Assembly (NCBI GenBank): GCA_030638895.1
Contig: DAOWDS010000029.1
Coordinates: 1 to 40,357, forward strand
Source of the DNA: Candidatus Moraniibacteriota bacterium
GTDB lineage: Bacteria > Patescibacteriota > Minisyncoccia > JAHIHE01 > JAGLIN01
Direction of reading: 5' to 3'
Length of the DNA stretch: 40,357 nucleotides
Below, one piece after another: positions 39,112 to 40,357 of the stretch (position 1 is its first letter; each line of letters begins with the position of its first letter). Both the position numbers and the translations under genes were made by a program. The notes under the pieces were generated by a model that ran no database searches, was not told where the DNA came from, and was given only the letters and a program-made list of their open reading frames with translations.

Positions 39112-39675
39112 ATGGCAAATATTACTCAAAAACTTAAAATTCTTACGGAGAGCAAAAAGACGGTTTTTCGTACTAAAAACTTGCAAAGCTTATGGGATGA
39201 AGATTACAGGAACACGGTCATTTATGCCAAAAGAATGGTGGTCAAAGGTTTAATCTTGAAATTGGCAAAAGGTTATTATGTTCTCAATAAGGAATACAGC
39301 GTTTACGAATTAGCCAATTTGATTATTTCTCCATCCTATGTTTCCTTTAATTCCGCTTTGCTTTTTAATGGTGTTTGTTTTCAAGTGAGCAACACCGTGC
39401 AAGCCGTTTCGCTTTTGAATTATCAAAAAGAAGTGGGGGATAGGATCTATAAATATCAATCAATGAAAAAAGATTTGTTTTTTAATGCGGAGGGGATTGA
39501 TTTTAAAAATAATGTCTCCGTGGCCAGTCCGGAGAGGGCCTTGCTTGATTCGTTTTATTTTGGTGTGGTGGCTAATGTGGACGACTGGGATAAAATAAAT
39601 AAAACTTACTTAAATAAGCTTGCGGGAAATTATCCCTTGAGTGTTCAGAAAAAAATAAAAGATTTAAAATTATGA
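39112..39675 (+). CDS. AbiEi-family antitoxin / transcriptional regulator (type IV TA)
   Basis: wHTH 'LILKLAKGYY', PSYVSFNSAL, ASPERALLD; start taken at ATG 39112. Confidence 0.85.
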   Translation: MANITQKLKILTESKKTVFRTKNLQSLWDEDYRNTVIYAKRMVVKGLILKLAKGYYVLNKEYSVYELANLIISPSYVSFNSALLFNGVCFQVSNTVQAVSLLNYQKEVGDRIYKYQSMKKDLFFNAEGIDFKNNVSVASPERALLDSFYFGVVANVDDWDKINKTYLNKLAGNYPLSVQKKIKDLKL

Positions 39676-40355
39676 CCAAAAAAAGTTTTGAATTAGATCG
39701 GCATAAAAGAGTTTTAACTGAAATTTTGATAGACATTATCAAACAATTAAATGGTAAGGTAATTTTTAAGGGTGGCACGGCGGCCATGATGTTTTATAAC
39801 TTGTCTCGGATGTCTCTTGATTTGGATTTTGACCTTTTGGAAGAATTGAGCGAGGAAGAAATTGATAATTTGAAGATTGTTATAAAAAAGCACGGCGAGA
39901 TTAAAGAATCCAAAAACAAAAGATTTACACTTTTCTTTTTGTTGGATTATGAGGCGAACTATCCTAACATAAAGTTAGAATTTAACAGGAGGCTTTGGAA
40001 AAACAACAGCTATGAAACTGTTTGGCTTTTAGGCGTAGAGATAAAAGTCGCTGATAAGAAAACAATGTTTTCCAACAAGCTGGTCGCGTTAAGCGAACGC
40101 AGAGCTTTGGCGGCCAGAGATCTTTTTGATGTTCATTATTTTTTGAAATTGGATTATCCTCTGAGCGAGGAGCTGATCAAAGAAAGGACAGATAAAACTT
40201 TGATCGAGTATCTTGAATATCTTAAGAAATTTATTATCAAAAATTACAGCTCCAAAAATGTTCTTCAAGGGCTTGGCAAGATTTTGGACGAGAGCCAGAA
40301 AAACTGGGCAAAGACCACCTTATTTCTGGGACAGTGGAGGAGTTGGAAGATTTAA
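39672..40355 (+). CDS. AbiEii/AbiGii-family nucleotidyltransferase toxin
   Basis: FKGGTA, RMSLDLDF, K..AL..R..ARDLFD; ATGA overlap with antitoxin; 3' end possibly frameshifted. Confidence 0.9.
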   Translation: MTKKSFELDRHKRVLTEILIDIIKQLNGKVIFKGGTAAMMFYNLSRMSLDLDFDLLEELSEEEIDNLKIVIKKHGEIKESKNKRFTLFFLLDYEANYPNIKLEFNRRLWKNNSYETVWLLGVEIKVADKKTMFSNKLVALSERRALAARDLFDVHYFLKLDYPLSEELIKERTDKTLIEYLEYLKKFIIKNYSSKNVLQGLGKILDESQKNWAKTTLFLGQWRSWKI

Positions 40356-40357
40356 TG

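Noticed and set aside
38867-40357. Prophage or island boundary around the AbiE pair
   Set aside because: No integrase, tRNA or att-like direct repeat is visible within the window

Overview
AT-rich bacterial chromosomal segment in genetic code 11. Gene content and the lack of obvious Shine-Dalgarno sites suggest a Patescibacteria/CPR (Parcubacteria-like) genome; this is inference. In order it holds: a probable dciA 3' end, a multi-lamin-tail-domain surface protein, DUF192 and yebC-ruvC. Next is a six-gene peptide-ligase cluster: 7TM protein, glutamate-ligase-like ATP-grasp fused to a retropepsin, RimK-like ligase, MurL-like Glu epimerase, DUF1704/MATCAP-like metallopeptidase and a CphA/GshAB-like ATP-grasp. 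It runs directly into an alpha-glucan cluster: GlgA fused to an APH-like kinase, signal peptidase I, two GT4s, GH57, a deleted nucleotidyltransferase remnant, a debranching-like hydrolase and a ROK kinase. The rest is a flavodoxin, a frameshifted RAYT with its REPs, tyrS, a class A PBP, an SGNH hydrolase, an alpha-2-macroglobulin and an AbiEi/AbiEii type IV TA pair with a perfect 22-bp operator-like palindrome. Several unrelated palindromic and 7/8-mer repeat families fill the intergenic gaps, and some sit in frame inside genes (LTD protein, yebC, tyrS). The best candidate for an undescribed system is the ligase/epimerase/peptidase cluster at 6189-13465. All family calls are by motif recognition, not database search.
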